A stretch of DNA of 64,000 nucleotides from Phycisphaerales bacterium. GTDB lineage: Bacteria; Planctomycetota; Phycisphaerae; Phycisphaerales; UBA1924. The stretch is taken from NCBI GenBank assembly GCA_041402005.1, contig JAWKTB010000001.1, forward strand, positions 147,740 to 211,739, written 5' to 3'. Below, piece by piece: positions 43,113-51,996 of the stretch (position 1 is its first letter; every line of letters begins with the position of its first letter). The translations under genes were made by a program, and so were the position numbers. Below the pieces are notes generated by a model. The model worked only from the letters and a program-made list of their open reading frames with translations, searched no databases and was not told where the DNA came from.

Positions 43113-44237
43113 ATGCCCCGCGAGCGACGCGCAAACTGCACCCGCCATCGCCCGGCGTCGCGCCGACTCCCGGGCCTGCTCGCGATCGCGCTCACCTCCC
43201 TCGCGACCCAGCTCACCGCCTGCTCCCACGAGGACCTCGACCAGCCCGAGCCGATCGACGTATCGCTCGTCTGGGGCGAGGTGGGCAGCTCGCCCGGCCA
43301 GTTCACCTACCCCCGCGCGATGGCGGTGATCCCGGGCGACGAGCCGCGCCTGCTCATCGTGGACAAGACCGCGCGGATCCAGCTCTTCAACGCCGCCACG
43401 GGCGAGTTCCTGGGCGGCTTCCGCACGCCCGAGCTCGACCTGGGCAAGCCCACGGGCCTGTGCGTCGCGCCCCACCCGACCGACTCCTCTCGCTATGCCT
43501 TGTATGTCGCCGACACGCACTACTTCCGCGTGCTGGTGTACGAGCTGCCCGACGCGATCGGCGACGACCCCTCGATCCCGCGCGAGCCCTTCGCCACCTT
43601 CGGCTCCTACGGCACCGACAACGGCCAGTTCATCTACCCCACCGACGTCGCCGTCCTGCATGACGAGCAGGGACACGTCCAACGCATCTACGTCGGCGAG
43701 TACAACGGCAACGACCGCGTCAGCGTCTTCGACGTCTCGACGGGCGCCGACGGCAAGCCGGTGTTCACGTTCAGCTTCGCGATCGCCCGCGCGGGCGTGC
43801 CGGGCGAGGACCCCGAGCCCGTCGTTCGACGCCCGCAGACGCTCATCATCGACCACAAGAGCCGCGAGCTGCTGCTCACCGACGCGTGCGACCACCGGAT
43901 CGGGCGCTTCACGCTCGACGGCAAGCTCATCAAGTGGATCGGCTCGCCCGACACCGCCTCGCGCGCCCCGGGCACGTTCAAGTTCCCCTACGGCATGGCG
44001 CTACTCGACGACCGCACCGTCCTTGTCAGCGAGTTCGAGAACGCCCGCGTCCAGCAGATCGACCTCGAGACTGGCGAGTGCCTGGGCGTCTGGGGGCGCC
44101 CGGGTCGGGGCGAGGGCGAACTCTCCCGCCCATGGGCGGTCGAGGTCATCGGCAAGACCGCCTTCGTGCTCGACTCGGACAACGACCGGGTCATGGCGTT
44201 CCGGGCGCCCGCCCCCGCGGCGGAGGCGGCGCGATGA
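43113..44237 (+). CDS. NHL-repeat beta-propeller lipoprotein
   Basis: Lipobox LATQLTAC|S. Repeated NHL-type units PGQFTYPRAMAV, NGQFIYPTDVAV, PGTFKFPYGMAL, EGELSRPWAVEV. The track ORF (42663) is over-extended. Confidence 0.7.
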   Translation: MPRERRANCTRHRPASRRLPGLLAIALTSLATQLTACSHEDLDQPEPIDVSLVWGEVGSSPGQFTYPRAMAVIPGDEPRLLIVDKTARIQLFNAATGEFLGGFRTPELDLGKPTGLCVAPHPTDSSRYALYVADTHYFRVLVYELPDAIGDDPSIPREPFATFGSYGTDNGQFIYPTDVAVLHDEQGHVQRIYVGEYNGNDRVSVFDVSTGADGKPVFTFSFAIARAGVPGEDPEPVVRRPQTLIIDHKSRELLLTDACDHRIGRFTLDGKLIKWIGSPDTASRAPGTFKFPYGMALLDDRTVLVSEFENARVQQIDLETGECLGVWGRPGRGEGELSRPWAVEVIGKTAFVLDSDNDRVMAFRAPAPAAEAAR

Positions 44238-47200
44238 CAGTCCCGCTCGCCGTCCTGTCCCTCGGTCCCCTCCAGTTCGACGAGCCGATCTGGCTCCTCC
44301 TGATCCCCGTGCTCTGGGCGCTGACGCTGTACCTGTCGCGCCGCTCGATCGCGGGGCTGGACCGCGCGTCGCGGATCGCGGCGATCGTGATCCGGCTGCT
44401 GCTCATCGTGCTGATCGTCGGCGCGATCGCCGAGCCACACTCGCGGAAGGTGAGCCACGCGGTCGCGGTGACGGCGGTGGTGGACGAGTCGCGCTCGATC
44501 CCCCCGGGACGTCGCCTCGCCGTCGATCAGTACCTCGAAGATGCTGGCAAGAAACGCCAGAGCGCGGACGATCTCCTGGGCGTCGTGACGGCGGCCGAGG
44601 ACGCGTACGTCCAGGCGCTCCCTTCCTCGCGCGTCGAGGGGATGGTCCGCCAGTACGTCGGCGCGACGGACGGCACGAACCTGGGCGAGGCGACGCGACT
44701 CGCCCTCGCGGTCGCGAACGAGGACGCGGCCAACCGTCTCGTGCTGATCTCCGACGGGAACGAGACGGACGGGTCGATCCTCGCCGCCGCCGAGGCCGCC
44801 AAGGCCCTGGGCGTGCCCATCGACGTGCTGCCCATCAACTACGACTACGAGCACGAGGTGATCGTGGAAAGCCTGATCGCGCCCGCGACGGCGCGCGGGG
44901 GCGAGACGATCAACCTGAAGGTGGTCGTGTTCGCGGCGGCGCCCGCCGCCGGACGCCTCGTCATCACCGAGAACGGCGAGCCGATCGACCTCGACCCAGA
45001 CTCCGACGAGATGGGCGTGGTCGTGGAGCTGGTCGAAGGGCGCAACGTCCTGACCGTCCCGATCGCGCCGCGGCGCGTCGGGCCCCAGACGTACGAGGCG
45101 GTGTTCGAGCCCCTCGGCGCGATCACGCTGGGCGACCAGGGCCAGCGCGTCATCGCGGGCGTCGGCGACTCCATGATCGAGAACAACCGCGCTATGGCGG
45201 TGACGTTCGTCGGCTCGGAGGGCGCGGTCCTCGTCGTCGCGGAGGACGCCGCCGAGTCGGAGCCCTTGACCCGCGCCCTCGCCGAGGCCGAGCTGCGCCC
45301 GGAGACCATCGCCTCGGACCGCTTCCCGCCGACGCTGACCGAGCTGAACCGGTACGAGGCGATCATCCTCGTCGACGAGCCCGCGTACAACTTCTCCGCC
45401 GCCAACCTCGAGAACCTCCGCCAGTACGTGCACGATTCCGGGGGCGGACTCGTGATGACGGGCGGGCCCGACTCCTTCGGCGCCGGCGGGTGGATCGGCA
45501 CCGCGATCGAGGACGCCCTGCCCGTCCGCCTCGATCCCCCGCAGAAGCGACAGATGCCCCGGGGCGCCCTCGCCCTGGTCATCCACTCGATCGAGATGCC
45601 CCAGGGCGTGTACTACGGCAAGCAGGTCGCCAACGCCGCCGCCGACGCCCTCAGCCGCCTCGACCTCATCGGCATCATCGAGTTCCAGATGTGGGGCGGC
45701 ACCGACTGGGTCCACCAGCTCCAGCCCAAAGGCGACGGCGTCTCGGTCAAGCAGTCGATCAACAAGCTCGAGTTCGGCGACATGCCGAGCTTCGACGAAT
45801 CGCTCCAACTCGCGCTCAGCGGCCTCTCCGCCGCCAGCGCCGGGCAGAAGCACGTCATTGTCATCTCCGACGGCGACCCCTCGCTGACCCACTCCATCCT
45901 CGACGATTACAACGACGCCGGGATCTCGATCAGCACCGTCGGCGTCTTCCCGCACTCGACCGCCGACTTCAACTCGCTCAAGAGCATGGCGGACGACACG
46001 GGCGGGACCTTCTACGCCGTCAACACCAACGCCGCCCTCGCGACGCTCCCGCAGATCTTCATCAAGGAAGCGCAGACCGTGAAGCGGTCGCTGATCTGGG
46101 AGGGCGAGCCCTTCTCGCCGACCGTGATGAACGTCGGCTCCGAGACGATGCGGGGCATCACCGGCGTCCCCCCAATCTCGGGGTACGTCGTCACCGCCGA
46201 CCGCGAGGGGCTGAGCCAGGTCACGCTGCGCGGGCACGAGAACGACCCGATCGCGGCGGAGTGGCAGTTCGGGCTGGGCAAGGTGTTCGCCTTCACGTCG
46301 GACGCGACGAGCCGGTGGGGCGCCGCCTGGACCGGGTGGGACGCCTTCAAGCAGTTCTGGGAGCAGCACGTCCGCTGGGCGATGCGCCCCTCGGGATCGG
46401 CGAACCTGCGCCTGACGACCGAGGCGCGGGGCGACTCGACGCTGCTGGTCGTGGAGGCGTTCGACGCCGACGGGGCTCGGTTGAACTTTGCCGACTTCCA
46501 GGCGCGCGTCGCCAAGCCCGACGGCAAGGGCGCCGCGGTCGACATCCAGCAGGTCGGACCCGGGCGCTACGAGGGCGTGATCGACTCGTCGGACCCCGGG
46601 TCGTACGTGGTGTCGCTCCGCTTCCGGGCGCCCGGCGCCGACGGCGGCGTGCTCGAGGGCGCCGCCCAGGCGGCGGTCACGCGCCCCTTCGCCGACGAGT
46701 TCCGCGCCCTCGAATCAAACATCGCCCTCCTCCGCCAGGTGGCGCAGGTAACCGGGGGCCAGGTGCTCACGGGTGACGCAACGCAGGACAAGCTGTGGCG
46801 GCGCGACGGGCTCGACATGCCCGTCTCCACGACCTCGATCTGGCTGACCGTCGCGCTGATCGCCGTCGGGCTCTTCCTGACCGACGTCGGCGTCCGCCGC
46901 GTCCGCGTCGAGCCGCGGGCGGTCCTCGCCTGGTTCGCCAGGGCGATGGGCGCCTCGCGCTCGACCGCCGGCGAGCAGATCGACTCCCTGCGCCAGGCCC
47001 GCGAGAAGGCCCGCAAGCGGATGGAGACCGAGGGGGAGGGCAAGAAGGACGCCGACCGGGCCAAGCGGCGTTTCGAGGTCGACGCCTCCGCCCCGCCCCC
47101 GCCCCAGGGGCCCACGGTCCTGGGCGGGGAGCCCATCAAATCCGACCGACCGAAGGCGCCGCCCAAACCCAAGGCGGCGGCTGGCGAAGAGGAAGAGGGA

Positions 47201-47284
47201 GGGATCTCCCGCCTGATGCGCGCCAAACGACGCGCCCAGGAGGAGTACGAGAAGGACAAGGACCAGGGCCCGAAGGATCAGTAG
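44234..47284 (+). CDS. large BatA-like membrane protein with two VWA domains and a GATase1-like domain
   Basis: N-terminal double TM (LLIPVLWALTLYLSRRS...IVIRLLLIVLIVGAI). VWA motifs AVVDESRSI / LISDGNETDG and HVIVISDGDPS. YEAIILVDEP...SGGGLVMTGG (class-I amidotransferase-like). C-terminal TM plus a Lys/Glu tail. Its ATG overlaps the upstream stop (ATGA). Confidence 0.75.
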   Translation: MTVPLAVLSLGPLQFDEPIWLLLIPVLWALTLYLSRRSIAGLDRASRIAAIVIRLLLIVLIVGAIAEPHSRKVSHAVAVTAVVDESRSIPPGRRLAVDQYLEDAGKKRQSADDLLGVVTAAEDAYVQALPSSRVEGMVRQYVGATDGTNLGEATRLALAVANEDAANRLVLISDGNETDGSILAAAEAAKALGVPIDVLPINYDYEHEVIVESLIAPATARGGETINLKVVVFAAAPAAGRLVITENGEPIDLDPDSDEMGVVVELVEGRNVLTVPIAPRRVGPQTYEAVFEPLGAITLGDQGQRVIAGVGDSMIENNRAMAVTFVGSEGAVLVVAEDAAESEPLTRALAEAELRPETIASDRFPPTLTELNRYEAIILVDEPAYNFSAANLENLRQYVHDSGGGLVMTGGPDSFGAGGWIGTAIEDALPVRLDPPQKRQMPRGALALVIHSIEMPQGVYYGKQVANAAADALSRLDLIGIIEFQMWGGTDWVHQLQPKGDGVSVKQSINKLEFGDMPSFDESLQLALSGLSAASAGQKHVIVISDGDPSLTHSILDDYNDAGISISTVGVFPHSTADFNSLKSMADDTGGTFYAVNTNAALATLPQIFIKEAQTVKRSLIWEGEPFSPTVMNVGSETMRGITGVPPISGYVVTADREGLSQVTLRGHENDPIAAEWQFGLGKVFAFTSDATSRWGAAWTGWDAFKQFWEQHVRWAMRPSGSANLRLTTEARGDSTLLVVEAFDADGARLNFADFQARVAKPDGKGAAVDIQQVGPGRYEGVIDSSDPGSYVVSLRFRAPGADGGVLEGAAQAAVTRPFADEFRALESNIALLRQVAQVTGGQVLTGDATQDKLWRRDGLDMPVSTTSIWLTVALIAVGLFLTDVGVRRVRVEPRAVLAWFARAMGASRSTAGEQIDSLRQAREKARKRMETEGEGKKDADRAKRRFEVDASAPPPPQGPTVLGGEPIKSDRPKAPPKPKAAAGEEEEGGISRLMRAKRRAQEEYEKDKDQGPKDQ

Positions 47285-47320
47285 ACGACGGGCGAGCGGG
47301 CCCGAGATGCAAGACCCCCC

Positions 47321-47350
47321 ACGCCGACGACGAGTCCTCGAGTCGTGGGG
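47321..47350. repeat. REP copy (same family as the RAYT-flanking REPs), 2 mismatches, inverted orientation
   Basis: acgccgacgacgagtcctcgagtcgtgggg versus acgcccacgacgagtcttcgagtcgtgggg at 24209-24238. Confidence 0.8.
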
Positions 47351-47366
47351 TCCAAGGAGCTCCCAG

Positions 47367-48422
<1,056 letters not shown>

Positions 48423-48440
48423 GGACGGAAGGAGGCTCGG

Positions 48441-49937
48441 ATGCGTGGAAAGAACGGACAGACGGCACGACGGGTGGTGTGTGTGATCGCCGCGCTCGGT
48501 TTCGTGGCGACCGCCGCGCTCGGGCACGGCGAGATCCCGAAGGCGACGCCGATCGACCGCCTGATTCCGAATCTGGAGCAGTACGTCGCCGAGCACCCGG
48601 ACAGCGCCGAGGCGCACTACCGCCTGGGGCGCGCGCACGCGATGATCCTCCAACTCAAGCGGCGCGAGATCGCCGTCTGGGATCGCAACAACGAGCTTGT
48701 CCCGGCGCAAACATCATGGCAGTACGTGCTCGATCGACCTCGATGGGGCAACGAGCCCGAGCCACCGGCCCCCGAGCCATTCACCGAGGACGAGCTATGC
48801 GAGCACCTTGCTGCAGCGATCACGAACCTGAACCGTGCGATCGAGATGGACCCGTCAGTGGCGAGATTCCACCTTGCCCTCGGGTCGGCACTCGACGTCG
48901 GGCGCGAATTCGTGATCGAGGTCGGTGTGCATCCGTTGCTCGGGCCAGGCGATTCACCGGAGCTGCCAAGGTGGCTGGAGGATCGCATGATGCGCTTCTC
49001 CAAGGGGCCACTGAACGAGTTCGAGGATCTGTCCCAGATCATTCGCGGCGGCGAATACCCAGACTGGAATCCGATGACTCGTCGTGCTGTCGTCGCTCGC
49101 CTCTGGCAGATGCGCGATACCGCCGAAGACTGGCTCCACGCCGAGGTCCGGCGTCTGCTCGAACTCGACTGGCAGGAGCGATGCATTGATGAGTACTTCC
49201 TCGCGATGACGCTCGCGCTTCCGAGTGATGGAAAGAGCCAGACCCTCCCGCTCTGGGGTGGCATCCGCTCGTGGGTGTCGTACGAGGCCGCCGAGTGCTT
49301 CATCGCCGCCGTCGAGGCACGGGGTGAGCAGCCCGAAGACCGCACCCGCCTCGCCGCCGCAATAGCCGCCAAGGAAGCGATCGAGAACCTTCCTCGCCCC
49401 GGCGCGATCACCCCCATCGTCTTCTCCACCGGTCGAGCCGACTGCCTTGTTGATCTCACGATCAGCAAGACCGCCCCCTTCGACCTCGACGGCTCCGGCA
49501 TCACGCGCGACTGGTCCTGGGTCTCCCCCGACACCGCCATCCTCGTCTGGGACTCCGACCACACCGGCAAGATCACCTCCGGGCGCCAGCTCTTCGGCAA
49601 CGCCACCTGGTGGGTCCTCTTCGAGCACGGCTACCAGGCCCTCGACGCCCTCGACGACGACCGTAACGGCTCGCTCCGGGGCGACGAGCTCGTCGGCGTC
49701 CGCGCCTGGTTCGATCGCAATACCAACGGCGTCTCCGACGAGGGTGAGGTCGTCGACCTCGACACGATCGGCGTCGTCGCCCTCGGCTGCCGCGTGACCG
49801 GGTACGAGGGCGCCAGCCCCATCTGCCGCGATGGCGTCGAGCTTTCCGACGGGTCAGTCCTGCCCTCGTACGACTGGATCGCCCACGCCGAGCCCGCCCG
49901 GGGCAAGGCGAACGACACAGGAGCATCGAACCCATGA
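48441..49937 (+). CDS. secreted protein with TPR-like N-terminal region and C-terminal EF-hand-like Ca-binding loops
   Basis: Signal peptide VVCVIAALGFVATAALG. HPDSAEAHYRLGRAHAM. C-terminus FDLDGSG..., DSDHTGKITSGRQLFGN, DDDRNGSLRGDEL, DRNTNGVSDEGEV (DxDxxG loops). Confidence 0.55.
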   Translation: MRGKNGQTARRVVCVIAALGFVATAALGHGEIPKATPIDRLIPNLEQYVAEHPDSAEAHYRLGRAHAMILQLKRREIAVWDRNNELVPAQTSWQYVLDRPRWGNEPEPPAPEPFTEDELCEHLAAAITNLNRAIEMDPSVARFHLALGSALDVGREFVIEVGVHPLLGPGDSPELPRWLEDRMMRFSKGPLNEFEDLSQIIRGGEYPDWNPMTRRAVVARLWQMRDTAEDWLHAEVRRLLELDWQERCIDEYFLAMTLALPSDGKSQTLPLWGGIRSWVSYEAAECFIAAVEARGEQPEDRTRLAAAIAAKEAIENLPRPGAITPIVFSTGRADCLVDLTISKTAPFDLDGSGITRDWSWVSPDTAILVWDSDHTGKITSGRQLFGNATWWVLFEHGYQALDALDDDRNGSLRGDELVGVRAWFDRNTNGVSDEGEVVDLDTIGVVALGCRVTGYEGASPICRDGVELSDGSVLPSYDWIAHAEPARGKANDTGASNP

Positions 49938-50164
49938 CCCGTGTTCCCAAGCGTGCGTTCTCCGTGACTCCCGGGCGGGCGGTGCTCGTCCTCGTCGGCG
50001 GCGTGCTGGTCGCGTCCCAGGCGGGCTGCTACAAGCGCGTCACCCGCGCCGAGGGTCTGGGCAGTGACCAGCTCGCGCCCAAGATCGCCCAGCCGCAGAC
50101 GACCTTCACCCAGGACCTCGGCGCCGCGGTCATGGGCGACAAGAAAAAGAAGAAGCACAAGTAA
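49934..50164 (+). CDS. small lipoprotein with poly-Lys tail
   Basis: AVLVLVGGVLVASQAGC|Y lipobox, C-terminal DKKKKKHK. Its ATG overlaps the upstream stop (ATGA). Confidence 0.45.
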   Translation: MTRVPKRAFSVTPGRAVLVLVGGVLVASQAGCYKRVTRAEGLGSDQLAPKIAQPQTTFTQDLGAAVMGDKKKKKHK

Positions 50165-50182
50165 CAGGCAAAGGAGCCCGCC

Positions 50183-50740
50183 ATGACACGCAGTTTGACA
50201 GCGTCTCTCGCCGTCGCGGCCGCGTTCGTTCTCGCCGGCTGCTCCACCCCGTCGCTCAACGGCGTCCCCGAGTCCGACCGCGTCGACCTCGACGCCCTCG
50301 AGGGCGTCTGGGTCTCGGAGGACACCACCGTCCGCATCGAGGCGGGCGACGACAAGCTCTACATGGGCGACACCAACGGCTCGCGCGTCCGCGTCCAGAT
50401 CGCGATCGCGGACTTCGATGGGCGTTACGTCGCGGACGCGACGCTCGACACCGACTCCGCCGAGCACGAGGACCCGATCCTGCTCTCGTTCGTCGTCCCG
50501 GTGCACAAGTTCGCCCGCATCGCGCTGGAGGGCGACACCCTGACCTACGCCGAGCTGAAGGACGGGTGGGTCACGGACCACGCCACGGGCTCGCTCGGCG
50601 GCCTGACGAAGGTCGGCGATCAGCACGTGCTCACGGGCTCTGAAGCCCAGGTCCACGCCCTGCTCGCCAAGGCGCTCGACGACGAGGACGCGTGGGAGGA
50701 CTCCAAGACGTTCACGCGCTTGAAGAAGGGCGAGGATTGA
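50183..50740 (+). CDS. lipoprotein, unknown function
   Basis: MTRSLTASLAVAAAFVLAGC|S lipobox. AAAGGAG RBS 7 nt upstream. Confidence 0.55.
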   Translation: MTRSLTASLAVAAAFVLAGCSTPSLNGVPESDRVDLDALEGVWVSEDTTVRIEAGDDKLYMGDTNGSRVRVQIAIADFDGRYVADATLDTDSAEHEDPILLSFVVPVHKFARIALEGDTLTYAELKDGWVTDHATGSLGGLTKVGDQHVLTGSEAQVHALLAKALDDEDAWEDSKTFTRLKKGED

Positions 50741-50858
50741 ACACGAAGGTCGCGAAGAACTCGAAGGATGGAGACCGCGTGCCGCGTCGCTCGGCCCGTG
50801 ACCTCGTCTTCCCGCTTCGTGACCTTCGAGTCCTTCGAGTTCAACCGGGGACCGCGTC

Positions 50859-51881
50859 TTGCTGAGAACCCCCAACCCAACCCGCCCCAAGTCGATCGAC
50901 GAGCTGCTCGACAGCCGTCTGATCTCGCAGATCTCGCGCCTGGACCTGACCAGCCGCAAGATCTTCGCGGGCAAGCTCAAGGGCGAGCGCCGCTCGAAGA
51001 AGCGCGGCGAGAGTGTCGAGTTCGCCGACCACCGCCCCTACGCGATCGGCGACGACCTCCGACACATCGACTGGAACATCTACGCCCGCCTCGACCACCT
51101 CTTCATGAAGCTCTTCCTCGAGGAGGAGGATCTTTCCCTGCACATCGTGATCGACTGCTCCGAGTCCGCCGACTGTGGCGACCCGGGCAAGTTCCTCTTC
51201 ATGCAGCGCCTCGCGATGGCCCTGGGCTACATCGGCCTCGTCAACCTCAACCGCGTCGCCATTACGGCCCTCGCCGGCGAGCTCGCAACCGATCAGCCAC
51301 GCGAGAAACCCGTCGGGACGGGCTCGGTCTTCGCCCCCTCTCCCCTTCCCTCTGGTGGTACGGGCGTCCCGCCCGTCTCCTCCCCCTCCACGCTCCACAC
51401 CATCCGCGACCTCCGCGGACGCCGACGCACCCAGGACCTCGCCCGCTTCATCTGCTCACTCCGCCCCTCTGGCTCGACGGACTTCACCGAGGCCGCCAAG
51501 CGCATCGCCCTGACCCGCCGGGGCAAGGGCGTCATGCTCGTCCTCTCCGACTTCTTCATGAAGGAGGGGTACGAGACCGGCCTGCGCCTGCTCGTCGGTC
51601 GCGGGTACGACCTGTTCGCGATGCAGATCCTCGCCCCCCAGGAGGTCGAGCCCGACATCGCGGGGGACCTACGCCTCAGGGACGTCGAGGACTTCGACCA
51701 GGCCGAGGTGACGATCACGGCGCCCCTGCTCAAGCGCTACAAGCAGACGCTCGCCGCCTACTGCGGCGAGCTGCGTGACTTCTGCGCCCGGCGCGAGATC
51801 ACGCACCTCTCCGTCCGCACCGACACGCCCATCGAGACGCTGATCATGGACTACCTGCGTCAGAGGGGGCTGCTGCGATGA
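50859..51881 (+). CDS. DUF58-family protein (MoxR partner) with in-frame repeat insertion
   Basis: GESVEFADHRPYAIGDDLRHIDWNIYARLDHLFMKLFLEEEDL is the DUF58 signature. TTG start. Confidence 0.8.
   Translation: MLRTPNPTRPKSIDELLDSRLISQISRLDLTSRKIFAGKLKGERRSKKRGESVEFADHRPYAIGDDLRHIDWNIYARLDHLFMKLFLEEEDLSLHIVIDCSESADCGDPGKFLFMQRLAMALGYIGLVNLNRVAITALAGELATDQPREKPVGTGSVFAPSPLPSGGTGVPPVSSPSTLHTIRDLRGRRRTQDLARFICSLRPSGSTDFTEAAKRIALTRRGKGVMLVLSDFFMKEGYETGLRLLVGRGYDLFAMQILAPQEVEPDIAGDLRLRDVEDFDQAEVTITAPLLKRYKQTLAAYCGELRDFCARREITHLSVRTDTPIETLIMDYLRQRGLLR
51334..51390. repeat. repeat family A, copy 4, in frame inside the DUF58 gene
   Basis: ccccctctccccttccctctggtggtacgggcgtcccgcccgtctcctccccctcca, translated as PSPLPSGGTGVPPVSSPST. 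Confidence 0.85.
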
Positions 51882-51887
51882 GACATT

Positions 51888-51977
51888 TCACCACGGAGAA
51901 CACGGAGGGCCACGGAGGGGGACAGTGGTCCTGTATCAAGATCTCCTCTCCGTGTTCCTCCGTGTTCCCCGTGGTGA
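51888..51977. repeat. ~90-nt imperfect palindrome built from CACGGAG(A/G) units (family E)
   Basis: Left arm tcaccacggagaacacggagggccacggaggggga, right arm tctcctctccgtgttcctccgtgttccccgtggtga (reverse complement matches except a few positions). Intergenic, between the DUF58 and BatA-like genes. Confidence 0.85.
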
Positions 51978-51996
51978 GATTTGACGGAGGCGCGCG

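Noticed and set aside
43988-46369. 793-aa minus-strand ORF
   Set aside because: It is antisense to the large VWA protein gene, whose VWA/MIDAS motifs and TM helices are clear on the plus strand.
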